Positions 1-14,000 of a DNA stretch of 64,000 bases are shown in pieces; the stretch's first letter is position 1; each line of letters opens with the position of its first letter. The notes beneath the pieces are model-generated. The model was not told the DNA's origin. It was given only the letters and a program-made list of their open reading frames with translations, and did no database searches. Made by a program: the position numbers and the translations under genes. Source of the DNA: Eledone cirrhosa (lineage: Eukaryota); NCBI GenBank assembly GCA_964016885.1, contig OZ024742.1:215636001-215700000 (forward strand). The letters run 5' to 3'.

Positions 1-699
1 TTGTAGTGGTGTGTAGTTGCTGATAGTGAGATAGATGGTGGAGTGGTGTTTGTAGTGGTGTGTTGTTGCTGATAGTGAGATAGATGCTGGAGTGGTGTTT
101 GTAGTGGTGTGTTGTTGGTGATAGTTAGATAGTTGGTGGAGTGATGTTTGTAGTGGTGTGTTGTTGCTGATAGTGAGATAGATGGTGGAGTGGTGTTTGT
201 AGTGGTGTGTTGTTGGTGATAGTAGATAGATGGTGGAGTAGTGTGTGTAGTGATGTGTTGTTGGTGATAGTTAGATAGTTAGTGCAGTGGTGTTTGTAGT
301 GGTGTGTTGTTGGTGATAGTTAGATAGATGGTGGAATGGTGTTTGTAGTTGTGTGTTGTTTCTGATAGTTAGATAGTTGGTGGAGTGGTGTTTGTAGTGG
401 TGTCATGTTGCTGATAGTTAGATAGTTGGTGAAGTGGTCTTTGTAGTGGTTTGTTGTTGGTGATAGTTAGATAGTTGGTGGAGTGGTGTTTATAGTGGTG
501 TGTTGTTGGTGATAGTTAGATAGTTGGTGGAGTGGTGTTTGTAGTGGTGTGTTGTTGGTGATAGTTAGATAGTTGGTGGAGTGGTGTTTGTAGAGGTGTG
601 TTGTTGGTGATAGTGAGATAGATGGTGGAGTGGTGTTTGTAGTGGTGTGTTGTTGGTATAGTTATATAGTTGGTGAAGTGGTGTTTGTAGTGGTGTGTT

Positions 700-3600
700 G
701 TTGGTGATAGTTAGATAGTTGGTGGAGTGGTGTTTGTAGAGGTGTGTTGTTGGTGATAGTTAGATAGTTGGTGGAGTAGTGTTTGTAGTGGTGTGTTGTT
801 GGTGATAGTTAGATAGTTGGTAGAGTGGTGTTTGTAGAGGTGTGTTGTTGGTGATAGTGAGATAGATGGTGGAGTGGTGTTTGGAGTGGTGTGTTGTTGG
901 TGATAGATAGATAGTTGGTTGAGTGGTGTTTATAGTGGTGTGTTGTTGCTGATAGTTAGATAGTTGGTGGAGTGGTGTTTGGAGTGGTGTTTGTAGTGGT
1001 GTGTTGTTGCAGATAGTTAGATAGATGGTGGAGTGGTGTTGGTAGTGGTGTGGTGTTGCTGATAGTTAGATAGATGGTGGAATGGTGTTTGTAGTGGTGT
1101 GTTGTTGCTGATAGTTAGATAGATGGTGGAGTGGTGTTTGTAGTGGTGTGTTGTTGGTGATAGTTAGATAGTTGGTGGAGTGATGTTTGTAGTGGTTTGT
1201 TGTTGGTGATAGTTAGATAGTTGTTGGAATGGTGTTTGTAGTTGTGTGTTGTTGGTGATAGTTAGATAGTTGGTGGAGTGGTGTTTGTAGTGGTGTGTTG
1301 TTGCTGATAGTAAGATAGATGGTGGAGTGGTGTTTGTAGTGGTGTGTTGTTGCTGATAGTGAGATAGATGTTGGAGTGGTGTTTGTAGTGGTGTGTTGTT
1401 GGTGATAGTTAGATAGCTGGTGGAGTGCTGTTTGTAGTGGTGTGTTGTTGCTGATATTTAGATAGTTAGTGGAGTGGTGTTTGTAGTGGTGTGTTGTTGT
1501 TGATAGTTAGATAGTTGATGGAGGGGTGTTTGTAGTGGTGTGTTGTTGCTGATAGTTAGATAGTTGGTGGAGTGGTGTTTGTAGTGGTGTGTTGTTGGTG
1601 ATTGTTAGATAGTTGGTGGAGTGGTGTTTGTAGTGGTGCGTTGTTGGTGGTAGTTCGATAGATAGTGGAGTGGTGTTTGTAGTGGTGTGTTGTTGCTGAT
1701 AGTTAGATAGATGGTGGAGTGGTGTTTTTAGTGGTGTGGTGTTGCTGATAGTTAGATAGTTGGTGGAGTGCTGTTTGTAGTGGTGTGTTGTTGCAGATAG
1801 TTAGATAGTTGGTGGAGTTGTGTTTGTAGTGGTGTGTTGTTGCTGATAGTTAGATAGATGTTGGAGTGGTGTTTGTAGTGGTGTGTTGTTGGTGATAGTT
1901 AGATTGTTGGTGGAGTGGTGTTTGTAGTGGTGTGTTGTTGGTGATAGTTAGATAGATGGTGGAGTGGTGTTTGTAGTGGTGTGTTGTTGGTGATAGTTAG
2001 ATAGTTGGTGGAGTGCTGTTTGTAGTGGTATGTTGTTGGTGATAGTTAGATAGTTGGTGGAGTGGTGTTTGTAATGGTGTGTTGTTGCTGATAGTTAGAT
2101 AGATGGTGGAGTGGTGTTTGTAGTGGTGTGTTGTTGCTGATAGTTAGATAGTTGGTGGAGTGGTGTTTGTAGTGGTGTGTTGTTGGTGATAGTTAGATAG
2201 ATGGTGGAGTGGTGTTTGTAGTGGTGTGTTGTTGCTGATAGTTAGATAGATGGTGGAATGGTGTTTGTAGTGGTGTGTTGTTGCTGATAGTTAGATAGAT
2301 GGTGGAGTGGTGTTTGTAGTGGTGTGTTGTTGGTGATAGTTAGATAGTTGGTGGAGTGGTGTTTGTAGTGGTTTGTTGTTGGTGATAGTTAGATAGTTGA
2401 TGGAATGGTGTTTGTAGTTGTGTGTTGTTGGTGATAGTTAGATAGTTGGTGGAGTGGTGTTTGTAGTGGTGTGTTGTTGGTGATAGTTAGATAGTTGGTG
2501 CAGTGGTGTTTGTAGTGGTGTGTTGTTGGTGATAGTTAGATAGTTGGTGGAGTGGTGTTTGTAGTGGTGTGTTGTTGCTGATAGTAAGATAGATGGTGGA
2601 GTGGTGTTTGTAGTGGTGTGTTGTTGCTGATAGTGAGATAGATGTTGGAGTGGTGTTTGTAGTGGTGTGTTGTTGGTGATAGTTAGATAGTTGTTGGAGT
2701 GGTGTTTGTAGTGGTGTGTTGTTGGTGATAGTTAGATAGCTGGTGGAGTGCTGTTTGTAGTGGTGTGTTGTTGCTGATAGTTAGATAGTTGTTGGAGTGG
2801 TGTTTGTAGTGGTGTGTTGTTGGTGATAGTTAGATAGTTGGTGGAGTGGTGTTTGTAGTGGTTTGTTGTTGGTGATAGTTAGATAGTTGATGGAATGGTG
2901 TTTGTAGTTGTGTGTTGTTGGTGATAGTTAGATAGTTGGTGGAGTGGTGTTTGTATTGGTGTGTTGTTGGTGATAGTTAGATAGTTGGTGCAGTGGTGTT
3001 TGTAGTGGTGTGTTGTTGGTGATAGTTAGATAGTTGGTGGAGTGGTGTTTGTAGAGGTGTGTTGTTGGTGATAGTTAGATAGTTGGTGGAGTAGTGTTTG
3101 TAGTGGTGTGTTGTTGGTGATAGTTAGATAGTTGGTAGAGTGGTGTTTGTAGAGGTGTGTTGTTGGTGATAGTGAGATAGATGGTGGAGTGGTGTTTGGA
3201 GTGGTGTGTTGTTGGTGATAGATAGATAGTTGGTTGAGTGGTGTTTATAGTGGTGTGTTGTTGCTGATAGTTAGATAGTTGGTGGAGTGGTGTTTGGAGT
3301 GGTGTTTGTAGTGGTGTGTTGTTGCAGATAGTTAGATAGATGGTGGAGTGGTGTTGGTAGTGGTGTGGTGTTGCTGATAGTTAGATAGATGGTGGAATGG
3401 TGTTTGTAGTGGTGTGTTGTTGCTGATAGTTAGATAGATGGTGGAGTGGTGTTTGTAGTGGTGTGTTGTTGGTGATAGTTAGATAGTTGGTGGAGTGATG
3501 TTTGTAGTGGTTTGTTGTTGGTGATAGTTAGATAGTTGTTGGAATGGTGTTTGTAGTTGTGTGTTGTTGGTGATAGTTAGATAGTTGGTGGAGTGGTGTT

Positions 3601-5000
3601 TGTAGTGGTGTGTTGTTGCTGATAGTAAGATAGATGGTGGAGTGGTGTTTGTAGTGGTGTGTTGTTGCTGATAGTGAGATAGATGTTGGAGTGGTGTTTG
3701 TAGTGGTGTGTTGTTGGTGATAGTTAGATAGCTGGTGGAGTGCTGTTTGTAGTGGTGTGTTGTTGCTGATATTTAGATAGTTAGTGGAGTGGTGTTTGTA
3801 GTGGTGTGTTGTTGTTGATAGTTAGATAGTTGATGGAGGGGTGTTTGTAGTGGTGTGTTGTTGCTGATAGTTAGATAGTTGGTGGAGTGGTGTTTGTAGT
3901 GGTGTGTTGTTGGTGATAGTTAGATAGTTGGTGGAGTGGTGTTTGTAGTGGTGCGTTGTTGGTGGTAGTTCGATAGATAGTGGAGTGGTGTTTGTAGTGG
4001 TGTGTTGTTGCTGATAGTTAGATAGATGGTGGAGTGGTGTTTTTAGTGGTGTGGTGTTGCTGATAGTTAGATAGTTGGTGGAGTGCTGTTTGTAGTGGTG
4101 TGTTGTTGCAGATAGTTAGATAGTTGGTGGAGTTGTGTTTGTAGTGGTGTGTTGTTGCTGATAGTTAGATAGATGGTGGAGTGGTGTTTGTAGTGGTGTG
4201 TTGTTGGTGATAGTTAGATTGTTGGTGGAGTGGTGTTTGTAGTGGTGTGTTGTTGGTGATAGTTAGATAGATGGTGGAGTGGTGTTTGTGGTGGTGTGTT
4301 GTTGGTGATAGTTAGATAGTTGGTGGAGTGCTGTTTGTAGTGGTATGTTGTTGGTGATAGTTAGATAGTTGGTGGAGTGGTGTTTGTAATGGTGTGTTGT
4401 TGCTGATAGTTAGATAGATGGTGGAGTGGTGTTTGTAGTGGTGTGTTGTTGCTGATAGTTAGATAGTTGGTGGAGTGGTGTTTGTAGTGGTGTGTTGTTG
4501 GTGATAGTTAGATAGATGGTGGAGTGGTGTTTGTAGTGGTGTGTTGTTGCTGATAGTTAGATAGATGGTGGAATGGTGTTTGTAGTGGTGTGTTGTTGCT
4601 GATAGTTAGATAGATGGTGGAGTGGTGTTTGTAGTGGTGTGTTGTTGGTGATAGTTAGATAGTTGGTGGAGTGGTGTTTGTAGTGGTTTGTTGTTGGTGA
4701 TAGTTAGATAGTTGATGGAATGGTGTTTGTAGTTGTGTGTTGTTGGTGATAGTTAGATAGTTGGTGGAGTGGTGTTTGTAGTGGTGTGTTGTTGGTGATA
4801 GTTAGATAGTTGGTGCAGTGGTGTTTGTAGTGGTGTGTTGTTGGTGATAGTTAGATAGTTGGTGGAGTGGTGTTTGTAGTGGTGTGTTGTTGCTGATAGT
4901 AAGATAGATGGTGGAGTGGTGTTTGTAGTGGTGTGTTGTTGCTGATAGTGAGATAGATGTTGGAGTGGTGTTTGTAGTGGTGTGTTGTTGGTGATAGTTA
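700..5000. repeat. 2,315-bp higher-order duplication in the 49-mer array (47 units + 12 bp)
   Basis: GAGGGG variant at 1521/3836 and TTTGGAG variant at 885/3200. Boundaries are approximate. Confidence 0.85.
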
Positions 5001-8000
5001 GATAGCTGGTGGAGTGCTGTTTGTAGTGGTGTGTTGTTGCTGATAGTTAGATAGTTGTTGGAGTGGTGTTTGTAGTGGTGTGTTGTTGCTGATATTTAGA
5101 TAGTTGGTGGAGTGGTGTTTGTAGTGGTGTGTTGTTGCTGATAGTTAGATAGTTGATGGAGTGGTGTTTGTAGTGGTGTGTTGTTGCTTATAGTTAGATA
5201 GTTGGCGGAGTGGTGTTTGTAGTGGTGTGTTGTTGGTGATAGTTAAATAGATGGTGGAGTGGTGTTTGTAATGGTGTGTTGTTTGTGATAGTTAGATAGT
5301 ATGTGGAGTGGTATTTGTAGTGGTGTGTTGTTGCTGATAGTTAGATAGAGGGTGGAATGGTGTTTGTAGTGGTGTGTTGTTGGTGATAGTTAGATAGTTG
5401 GTGGAGTGGTGTTTGTAGTGGTGCGTTGTAGGTGGTAGTTCGATAGATAGTGGAGTGGCGTTTGTAGTGGTGTGTTGTTGCCGATAGTCAGATAGATGTT
5501 GGAGTGGTGTTTGTAGTGGTGTGTTGTTGGTGATAGTTAGATAGTTGGTGGAGTGGTGTTTGTAGAGGTGTGTTGTTGGTGATAGTTAGATAGTTGGTGG
5601 AGTGGTGTTTGTAGTGGTGTGTTGTTGGTGATAGTTAGATAGTTGGTGGAGTGGTGTTTGTAGAGGTGTGTTGTTGGTGATAGTGAGATAGTGGTGTTTG
5701 TAGTGGTGTGGTCTTGGTGATAGTTAGATTGTTGGTGGAGTGGTGTTTGTAGTGGTGTGTTGTTGGTTATAGTTAGATAGATGGTGGAGTGGTGTTTGTA
5801 GTGGTGTGTTGTTGGTGATAGTTAGATAGTTGGTGGAGTGCTGTTTGTAGTGGTGTGTTGTTGCTGATAGTGAGATAGATGGTGGAGTGGTGTTTATAGT
5901 GGTGTGTTGTTGCTGATAGTGAGATAGATGGTGGAGTGGTGTTTGTAGTGGTGTGTTGTTGGTGATAGTAGATAGATGGTGGAGTAGTGTGTGTAGTGAT
6001 GTGTTGTTGGTGATAGTTAGATAGTTAGTGGAGTGGTGTTTGTAGTGGTGTGTTGTTGGTGATAGTTAGATAGTTGGTGGAGCGGTGTTTGTAGTGGTGT
6101 ATTTTTGGTGATAGTTAGATAGTTGGTGAAGTGGTGTTTGTAGTGGTGTGTTGTTGGTGATAGTTAGATAGTTGGTGGAGTGGTGTTTGTAGAGGTGTGT
6201 TGTTGGTGATAGTTAGATAGTTGGTGGACTGGTGTTTGTAGTGGTGTGTTGTTGGTGATAGTTAGATAGTTGGTGGAGTGGTGTTTGTAGAGGTGTGTTG
6301 TTGGCGATAGTGAGATAGATGGTGGAGTGGTGTTTGTAGTGGTGTGTTGTTGCCGATAGTCAGATAGATGTTGGAGTGGTGTTTGTAGTGGTGTGTTGTT
6401 GGTGATAGTTAGATAGTTGGTAAAGTTGTGTTTGTAGTGGTGTGTTGTTGATGATAAATAGATAGTTGGTGGAGTGGTGTTTGTAGTGGTGTGTTGTTGG
6501 TGATTGTGAGATAGATGGTGGAGTGGTGTTTGTAGTGGTGTGTTTTTGGTGATAGATAGATAGTTGGTTGAGTGGTGTTTATAGTGGTGTGTTGTTGCTG
6601 ATAGTTAGATAGTTGGTGGAGTGGTGTTTGGAGTGGTGTTTGTAGTGGTGTGTTGTTGCTGATAGTGAGATAGATGTTGGAGTGGTGTTTGTAGTGGTGT
6701 GTTGTTGGTGATAGTTAGATAGCTGGTGGAGTGCTGTTTGTAGTGGTGTGTTGTTGCTGATAGTTAGAAAGTTGTTGGAGTGCTGTTTGTAGTGGTGTGT
6801 TGTTGCTGATATTTAGATAGTTAGTGGAGTGGTGTTTGTAGTGGTGTGTTGTTACTGATAGTTAGATAGTTGATGGAGTGGTGTTTGTAGTGGTGTGTTG
6901 TTGCTGATAGTTAGATAGTTGGTGGAGTGGTGTTTGTAGTGGTGTGTTGTTGGTGATAGTTAGATAGTTGGTGGAGTGGTGTTTGTAGTGGTGCGTTGTT
7001 GGTGGTAGTTCGATAGATAGTGGAGTGGTGTTTGTAGTGGTGTGTTGTTGCTGATAGTTAGATAGATGGTGGAGTGGTGTTTTTAGTGGTGTGGTGTTGC
7101 TGATAGTTAGATAGATGGTGGAGTGGTGTTTGTAGAGGTGTGGTGTTGCTGATAATTAGATAGTTGGTGGTGTGGTGTTTGTAGTGGTGTGGTGTTGGTG
7201 ATAGTTAGATAGTTGCTGGAGTGCTGTTTGTAGTGGTGTGTTGTTGCAGATAGTTAGATAGTTGGTGGAGTGTTGTTTGTAGTGGTGTGTTGTTGCTGAT
7301 AGTTAGATAGATGGTGGAGTGGTGTTTGTAGTGGTGTGTTGTTGGTGATAGTTAGATTGTTGGTGGAGTGGTGTTTGTAGTGGTGTGTTGTTGGTGATAG
7401 TTAGATAGATGGTGGAGTGGTGTTTGTAGTGGTGTGTTGTTGGTGATAGTTAGATAGTTGGTGGAGTGCTGTTTGTAGTGGTATGTTGTTGGTGATAGTT
7501 AGATAGTTGGTGGAGTGGTGTTTGTAATGGTGTGTTGTTGCTGATAGTTAGATAGATGGTGGAGTGGTGTTTGTAGTGGTGTGTTGTTGCTGATAGTTAG
7601 ATAGTTGGTGGAGTGGTGTTTGTAGTGGTGTGTTGTTGGTGATAGTTAGATAGATGGTGGAGTGGTGTTTGTAGTGGTGTGTTGTTGCTGATAGTTAGAT
7701 AGATGGTGGAATGGTGTTTGTAGTGGTGTGTTGTTTCTGATAGTTAGATAGATGGTGGAGTGGTGTTTGTAGTGGTGTGTTGTTGGTGATAGTTAGATAG
7801 TTGGTGGAGTGGTGTTTGTAGTGGTTTGTTGTTGGTGATAGTTAGATAGTTGTTGGAATGGTGTTTGTAGTTGTGTGTTGTTGGTGATAGTTAGATAGTT
7901 GGTGGAGTGGTGTTTGTAGTGGTGTGTTGTTGGTGATAGTTAGATAGTTGGTGCAGTGGTGTTTGTAGTGGTGTGTTGTTGGTGATAGTTAGATAGTTGG

Positions 8001-11000
8001 TGGAGTGGTGTTTGTAGTGGTGTGTTGTTGCTGATAATAAGATAGATGGTGGAGTGGTGTTTGTAGTGGTGTGTTGTTGCTGATAGTGAGATAGATGTTG
8101 GAGTGGTGTTTGTAGTGGTGTGTTGTTGGTGATAGTTAGATAGCTGGTGGAGTGCTGTTTGTAGTGGTGTGTTGTTGCTGTTAGTTAGATAGTTGTTGGA
8201 GTGGTGTTTGTAGTGGTGTGTTGTTGCTGATATTTAGATAGTTGGTGGAGTGGTGTTTGTAGTGGTGTGTTGTTGCTGATAGTTAGATAGTTTATGGAGT
8301 GGTGTTTGTAGTGGTGTGTTGTTGCTTATAGTTAGATAGTTGGCGGAGTGGTGTTTGTAGTGGTGTGTTGTTGGTGATAGTTAAATAGATGGTGGAGTGG
8401 TGTTTGTAATGGTGTGTTGTTTGTGATAGTTATATAGTATGTGGAGTGGTATTTGTAGTGGTGTGTTGTTGCTGATAGTTAGATAGAGGGTGTAATGGTG
8501 TTTGTAGTGGTGTGTTGTTGGTGATAGTTAGATAGTTGGTGGAGTGGTGTTTGTAGTGGTGCGTTGTAGGTGGTAGTTCGATAGATAGTGGAGTGGCGTT
8601 TGTAGTGGTGTGTTGTTGCCGATAGTCAGATAGATGTTGGAGTGGTGTTTGTAGTGGTGTGTTGTTGGTGATAGTTAGATAGATGGTGGAATGGTGTTTG
8701 TAGTTGTGTGTTGTTTCTGATAGTTAAATAGTTGGTGGAGTGGTGTTTGTAGTGGTGTCATGTTGCTGATAGTTAGATAGTTGGTGAAGTGGTGTTTGTA
8801 GTGGTTTGTTGTTGGTGATAGTTAGATAGTTGGTGGAGTGGTGTTTATAGTGGTGTGTTGTTGGTGATAGTTAGATAGTTGGTGGAGTGGTGTTTGTAGT
8901 GGTGTGTTGTTGGTGATAGTTAGATAGTTGGTGGAGTGGTGTTTGTAGAGGTGTGTTGTTGGTGATAGTGAGATAGATGGTGGAGTGGTGTTTGTAGTGG
9001 TGTGTTGTTGGTATAGTTATATAGTTGGTGAAGTGGTGTTTGTAGTGGTGTGTTGTTGGTGATAGTTAGATAGTTGGTGGAGTGGTGTTTGTAGAGGTGT
9101 GTTGTTGGTGATAGTTAGATAGTTGGTGGAGTAGTGTTTGTAGTGGTGTGTTGTTGGTGATAGTTAGATAGTTGGTAGAGTGGTGTTTGTAGAGGTGTGT
9201 TGTTGGTGATAGTGAGATAGATGGTGGAGTGGTGTTTGGAGTGGTGTGTTGTTGGTGATAGATAGATAGTTGGTTGAGTGGTGTTTATAGTGGTGTGTTG
9301 TTGCTGATAGTTAGATAGTTGTAGGAGTGGTGTTTGGAGTGGTGTTTGTAGTGGTGTGTTGTTGCAGATAGTTAGATAGATGGTGGAGTTGTGTTGGTAG
9401 TGGTGTGGTGTTGCTGATAGTTAGATAGATGGTGGAATGGTGTTTGTAGTGGTGTGTTGTTGCTGATAGTTAGATAGATGGTGGAGTGGTGTTTGCAGTG
9501 GTGTGTTGTTGGTGATAGTTAGATAGTTGGTGGAGTGATGTTTGTAGTGGTTTGTTGTTGGTGATAGTTAGATAGTTGTTGGAATGGTGTTTGTAGTTGT
9601 GTGTTGTTGGTGATAGTTAGATAGTTGGTGGAGTGGTGTTTGTAGTGGTGTGTTGTTGCTGATAGTAAGATAGATGGTGGAGTGGTGTTTGTAGTGGTGT
9701 GTTGTTGCTGATAGTGAGATAGATGTTGGAGTGGTGTTTGTAGTGGTGTGTTGTTGGTGATAGTTAGATAGCTGGTGGAGTGCTGTTTGTAGTGGTGTGT
9801 TGTTGCTGATATTTAGATAGTTAGTGGAGTGGTGTTTGTAGTGGTGTGTTGTTGTTGATAGTTAGATAGTTGATGGAGGGGTGTTTGTAGTGGTGTGTTG
9901 TTGCTGATAGTTAGATAGTTGGTGGAGTGGTGTTTGTAGTGGTGTGTTGTTGGTGATAGTTAGATAGTTGGTGGAGTGGTGTTTGTAGTGGTGCGTTGTT
10001 GGTGGTAGTTCGATAGATAGTGGAGTGGTGTTTGTAGTGGTGTGTTGTTGCTGCTAGTTAGATAGATGGTGGAGTGGTGTTTTTAGTGGTGTGGTGTTGC
10101 TGATAGTTAGATAGTTGGTGGAGTGCTGTTTGTAGTGGTGTGTTGTTGCAGATAGTTAGATAGTTGGTGGAGTTGTGTTTGTAGTGGTGTGTTGTTGCTG
10201 ATAGTTAGATAGATGGTGGAGTGGTGTTTGTAGTGGTGTGTTGTTGGTGATAGTTAGATTGTTGGTGGAGTGGTGTTTGTAGTGGTGTGTTGTTGGTGAT
10301 AGTTAGATAGATGGTGGAGTGGTGTTTGTAGTGGTGTGTTGTTGGTGATAGTTAGATAGTTGGTGGAGTGCTGTTTGTAGTGGTATGTTGTTGGTGATAG
10401 TTAGATAGTTGGTGGAGTGGTGTTTGTAATGGTGTGTTGTTGCTGATAGTTAGATAGATGGTGGAGTGGTGTTTGTAGTGGTGTGTTGTTGCTGATAGTT
10501 AGATAGTTGGTGGAGTGGTGTTTGTAGTGGTGTGTTGTTGGTGATAGTTAGATAGATGGTGGAGTGGTGTTTGTAGTGGTGTGTTGTTGCTGATAGTTAG
10601 ATAGATGGTGGAATGGTGTTTGTAGTGGTGTGTTGTTGCTGATAGTTAGATAGATGGTGGAGTGGTGTTTGTAGTGGTGTGTTGTTGGTGATAGTTAGAT
10701 AGTTGGTGGAGTGGTGTTTGTAGTGGTTTGTTGTTGGTGATAGTTAGATAGTTGATGGAATGGTGTTTGTAGTTGTGTGTTGTTGGTGATAGTTAGATAG
10801 TTGGTGGAGTGGTGTTTGTAGTGGTGTGTTGTTGGTGATAGTTAGATAGTTGGTGCAGTGGTGTTTGTAGTGGTGTGTTGTTGGTGATAGTTAGATAGTT
10901 GGTGGAGTGGTGTTTGTAGTGGTGTGTTGTTGCTGATAGTAAGATAGATGGTCGAGTGGTGTTTGTAGTGGTGTGTTGTTGCTGATAGTGAGATAGATGT

Positions 11001-14000
11001 TGGAGTGGTGTTTGTAGTGGTGTGTTGTTGGTGATAGTTAGATAGCTGGTGGAGTGCTGTTTGTAGTGGTGTGTTGTTGCTGATAGTTAGTTAGTTGTTG
11101 GAGTGGTGTTTGTAGTGGTGTGTTGTTGCTGATATTTAGATAGTTGGTGGAGTGGTGTTTGTAGTGGTGTGTTGTTGCTGATAGTTAGATAGTTGATGGA
11201 GTGGTGTTTGTAGTGGTGTGTTGTTGCTTATAGTTAGATAGTTTGCGGAGTGGTGTTTGTAGTGGTGTGTTGTTGGTGATAGTTAAATAGATGGTGGAGT
11301 GGTGTTTGTAATGGTGTGTTGTTTGTGATAGTTAGATAGTATGTGGAGTGGTATTTGTAGTGGTGTGTTGTTGCTGATAGTTAGATAGAGGGTGGAATGG
11401 TGTTTGTAGTGGTGTGTTGTTGGTGATAGTTAGATAGTTGGTGGAGTGGTGTTTGTAGTGGTGCGTTGTAGGTGGTAGTTCGATAGATAGTGGAGTGGCG
11501 TTTGTAGTGGTGTGTTGTTGCCGATAGTCAGATATTTGTTGGAGTGGTGTTTGTAGTGGTGTGTTGTTGGTGATAGTTAGATAGTTGGTAAAGTTGTGTT
11601 TGTAGTGGTGTGTTGTTGGTGATAGTTAGATAGTTGGTGGAGTGGTGTTTGTAGTGGTGTGTTGTTGCTGATAGTGAGATAGATGGTGGAGTGGTGTTTG
11701 TAGTGGTGTGTTGTTGCTGATAGTGAGACAGATGCTGGAGTGGTGTTTGTAGTGGTGTGTTGTTGGTGATAGTTAGATAGTTGGTGGAGTGATGTTTGTA
11801 GTGGTGTGTTGTTGCTGATAGTGAGATAGATGGTGGAGTGGTGTTTATAGTGGTGTGTTGTTGCTGATAGTGAGATAGATGGTGGAGTGGTGTTTGTAGT
11901 GGTGTGTTGTTGGTGATAGTAGATAGATGGTGGAGTAGTGTGTAGTGATGTGTTGTTGGTGATAGTTAGATAGTTAGTGGAGTGGTGTTTGTAGTGGTGT
12001 GTTGTTGGTGATAGTTAGATAGATGGTGGAATGGTGTTTGTAGTTGTGTGTTGTTTCTGATAGTTAGATAGTTGGTGGAGTGGTGTTTGTAGTGGTGTCA
12101 TGTTGCTGATAGTTAGATAGTTGGTGGAGTGGTGTTTATAGTGGTGTGTTGTTGGTGATAGTTAGATAGTTGGTGGAGTGGTGTTTGTAGTGGTGTGTTG
12201 TTGGTGATAGTTAGATAGTTGGTGGAGTGGTGTTTGTAGAGGTGTGTTGTTGGTGATAGTGAGATAGATGGTGGAGTGGTGTTTGTAGTGGTGTGTTGTT
12301 GGTATAGTTATGTAGTTGGTGAAGTGGTGTTTGTAGTGGTGTGTTGTTGGTGATAGTTAGATAGTTGGTGGAGTGGTGTTTGTAGAGGTGTGTTGTTGGT
12401 GATAGTTAGATAGTTGGTGCAGTGGTGTTTGTAGTGGTGTGTTGTTGGTGATAGTTAGATAGTTGGTAGAGTGGTGTTTGTAGAGGTGTGTTGTTGGTGA
12501 TAGTGAGATAGATGGTGGAGTGGTGTTTGTAGTGGTGTGTTGTTGCCGATAGTCAGATAGATGTTGGAGTGGTGTTTGTAGTGGTGTGTTGTTGGTGATA
12601 GTTAGATAGTTGGTAAAGTTGTGTTTGTAGTGGTGTGTTGTTGCTGATAAATAGATAGTTGGTGGAGTGGTGTTTGTAGTGGTGTGTTGTTGGTGATAGA
12701 TAGATAGTTGGTTGAGTGGTGTTTATAGTGGTGTGTTGTTGCTGATAGTTAGATAGTTGGTGGAGTGGTGTTTGGAGTGGTGTTTGTAGTGGTGTGTTGT
12801 TGCAGATAGTTAGATAGTTGGTGGAGTGGTGTTGGTAGTGGTGTGGTGTTGCTGATAGTTAGATAGATGGTGGAGTGGTGTTTGTAGTGGTGTGGTGTTG
12901 CTGATATTTAGATAGTTGGTGGAGTGATGTTTGTAGTGGTTTGTTGTTGGTGATAGTTAGATAGTTGTTGGAATGGTGTTTGTAGTTGTGTGTTGTTGGT
13001 GATAGTTAGATAGTTGGTGGAGTGGTGTTTGTAGTGGTGTGTTGTTGCTGATAGTAAGATAGATGGTGGAGTGGTGTTTGTAGTGGTGTGTTGTTGCTGA
13101 TAGTGAGATAGATGTTGGAGTGGTGTTTGTAGTGGTGTGTTGTTGGTGATAGTTAGATAGCTGGTGGAGTGCTGTTTGTAGTGGTGTGTTGTTGCTGATA
13201 TTTAGATAGTTAGTGGAGTGGTGTTTGTAGTGGTGTGTTGTTGCTGATAGTTAGATAGTTGATGGAGGGGTGTTTGTAGTGGTGTGTTGTTGCTGATAGT
13301 TAGATAGTTGGTGGAGTGGTGTTTGTAGTGGTGTGTTGTTGGTGATAGTTAGATAGTTGGTGGAGTGGTGTTTGTAGTGGTGCGTTGTTGGTGGTAGTTC
13401 GATAGATAGTGGAGTGGTGTTTGTAGTGGTGTGTTGTTGCTGATAGTTAGATAGATGGTGGAGTGGTGTTTTTAGTGGTGTGGTGTTGCTGATAGTTAGA
13501 TAGTTGGTGGAGTGCTGTTTGTAGTGGTGTGTTGTTGCAGATAGTTAGATAGTTGGTGGAGTTGTGTTTGTAGTGGTGTGTTGTTGCTGATAGTTAGATA
13601 GATGGTGGAGTGGTGTTTGTAGTGGTGTGTTGTTGGTGATAGTTAGATTGTTGGTGGAGTGGTGTTTGTAGTGGTGTGTTGTTGGTGATAGTTAGATAGA
13701 TGGTGGAGTGGTGTTTGTAGTGGTGTGTTGTTGGTGATAGTTAGATAGTTGATGGAATGGTGTTTGTAGTTGTGTGTTGTTGGTGATAGTTAGATAGTTG
13801 GTGGAGTGGTGTTTGTAGTGGTGTGTTGTTGGTGATAGTTAGATAGTTGGTGCAGTGGTGTTTGTAGTGGTGTGTTGTTGGTGATAGTTAGATAGTTGGT
13901 GGAGTGGTGTTTGTAGTGGTGTGTTGTTGCTGATAGTAAGATAGATGGTGGAGTGGTGTTTGTAGTGGTGTGTTGTTGCTGATAGTGAGATAGATGTTGG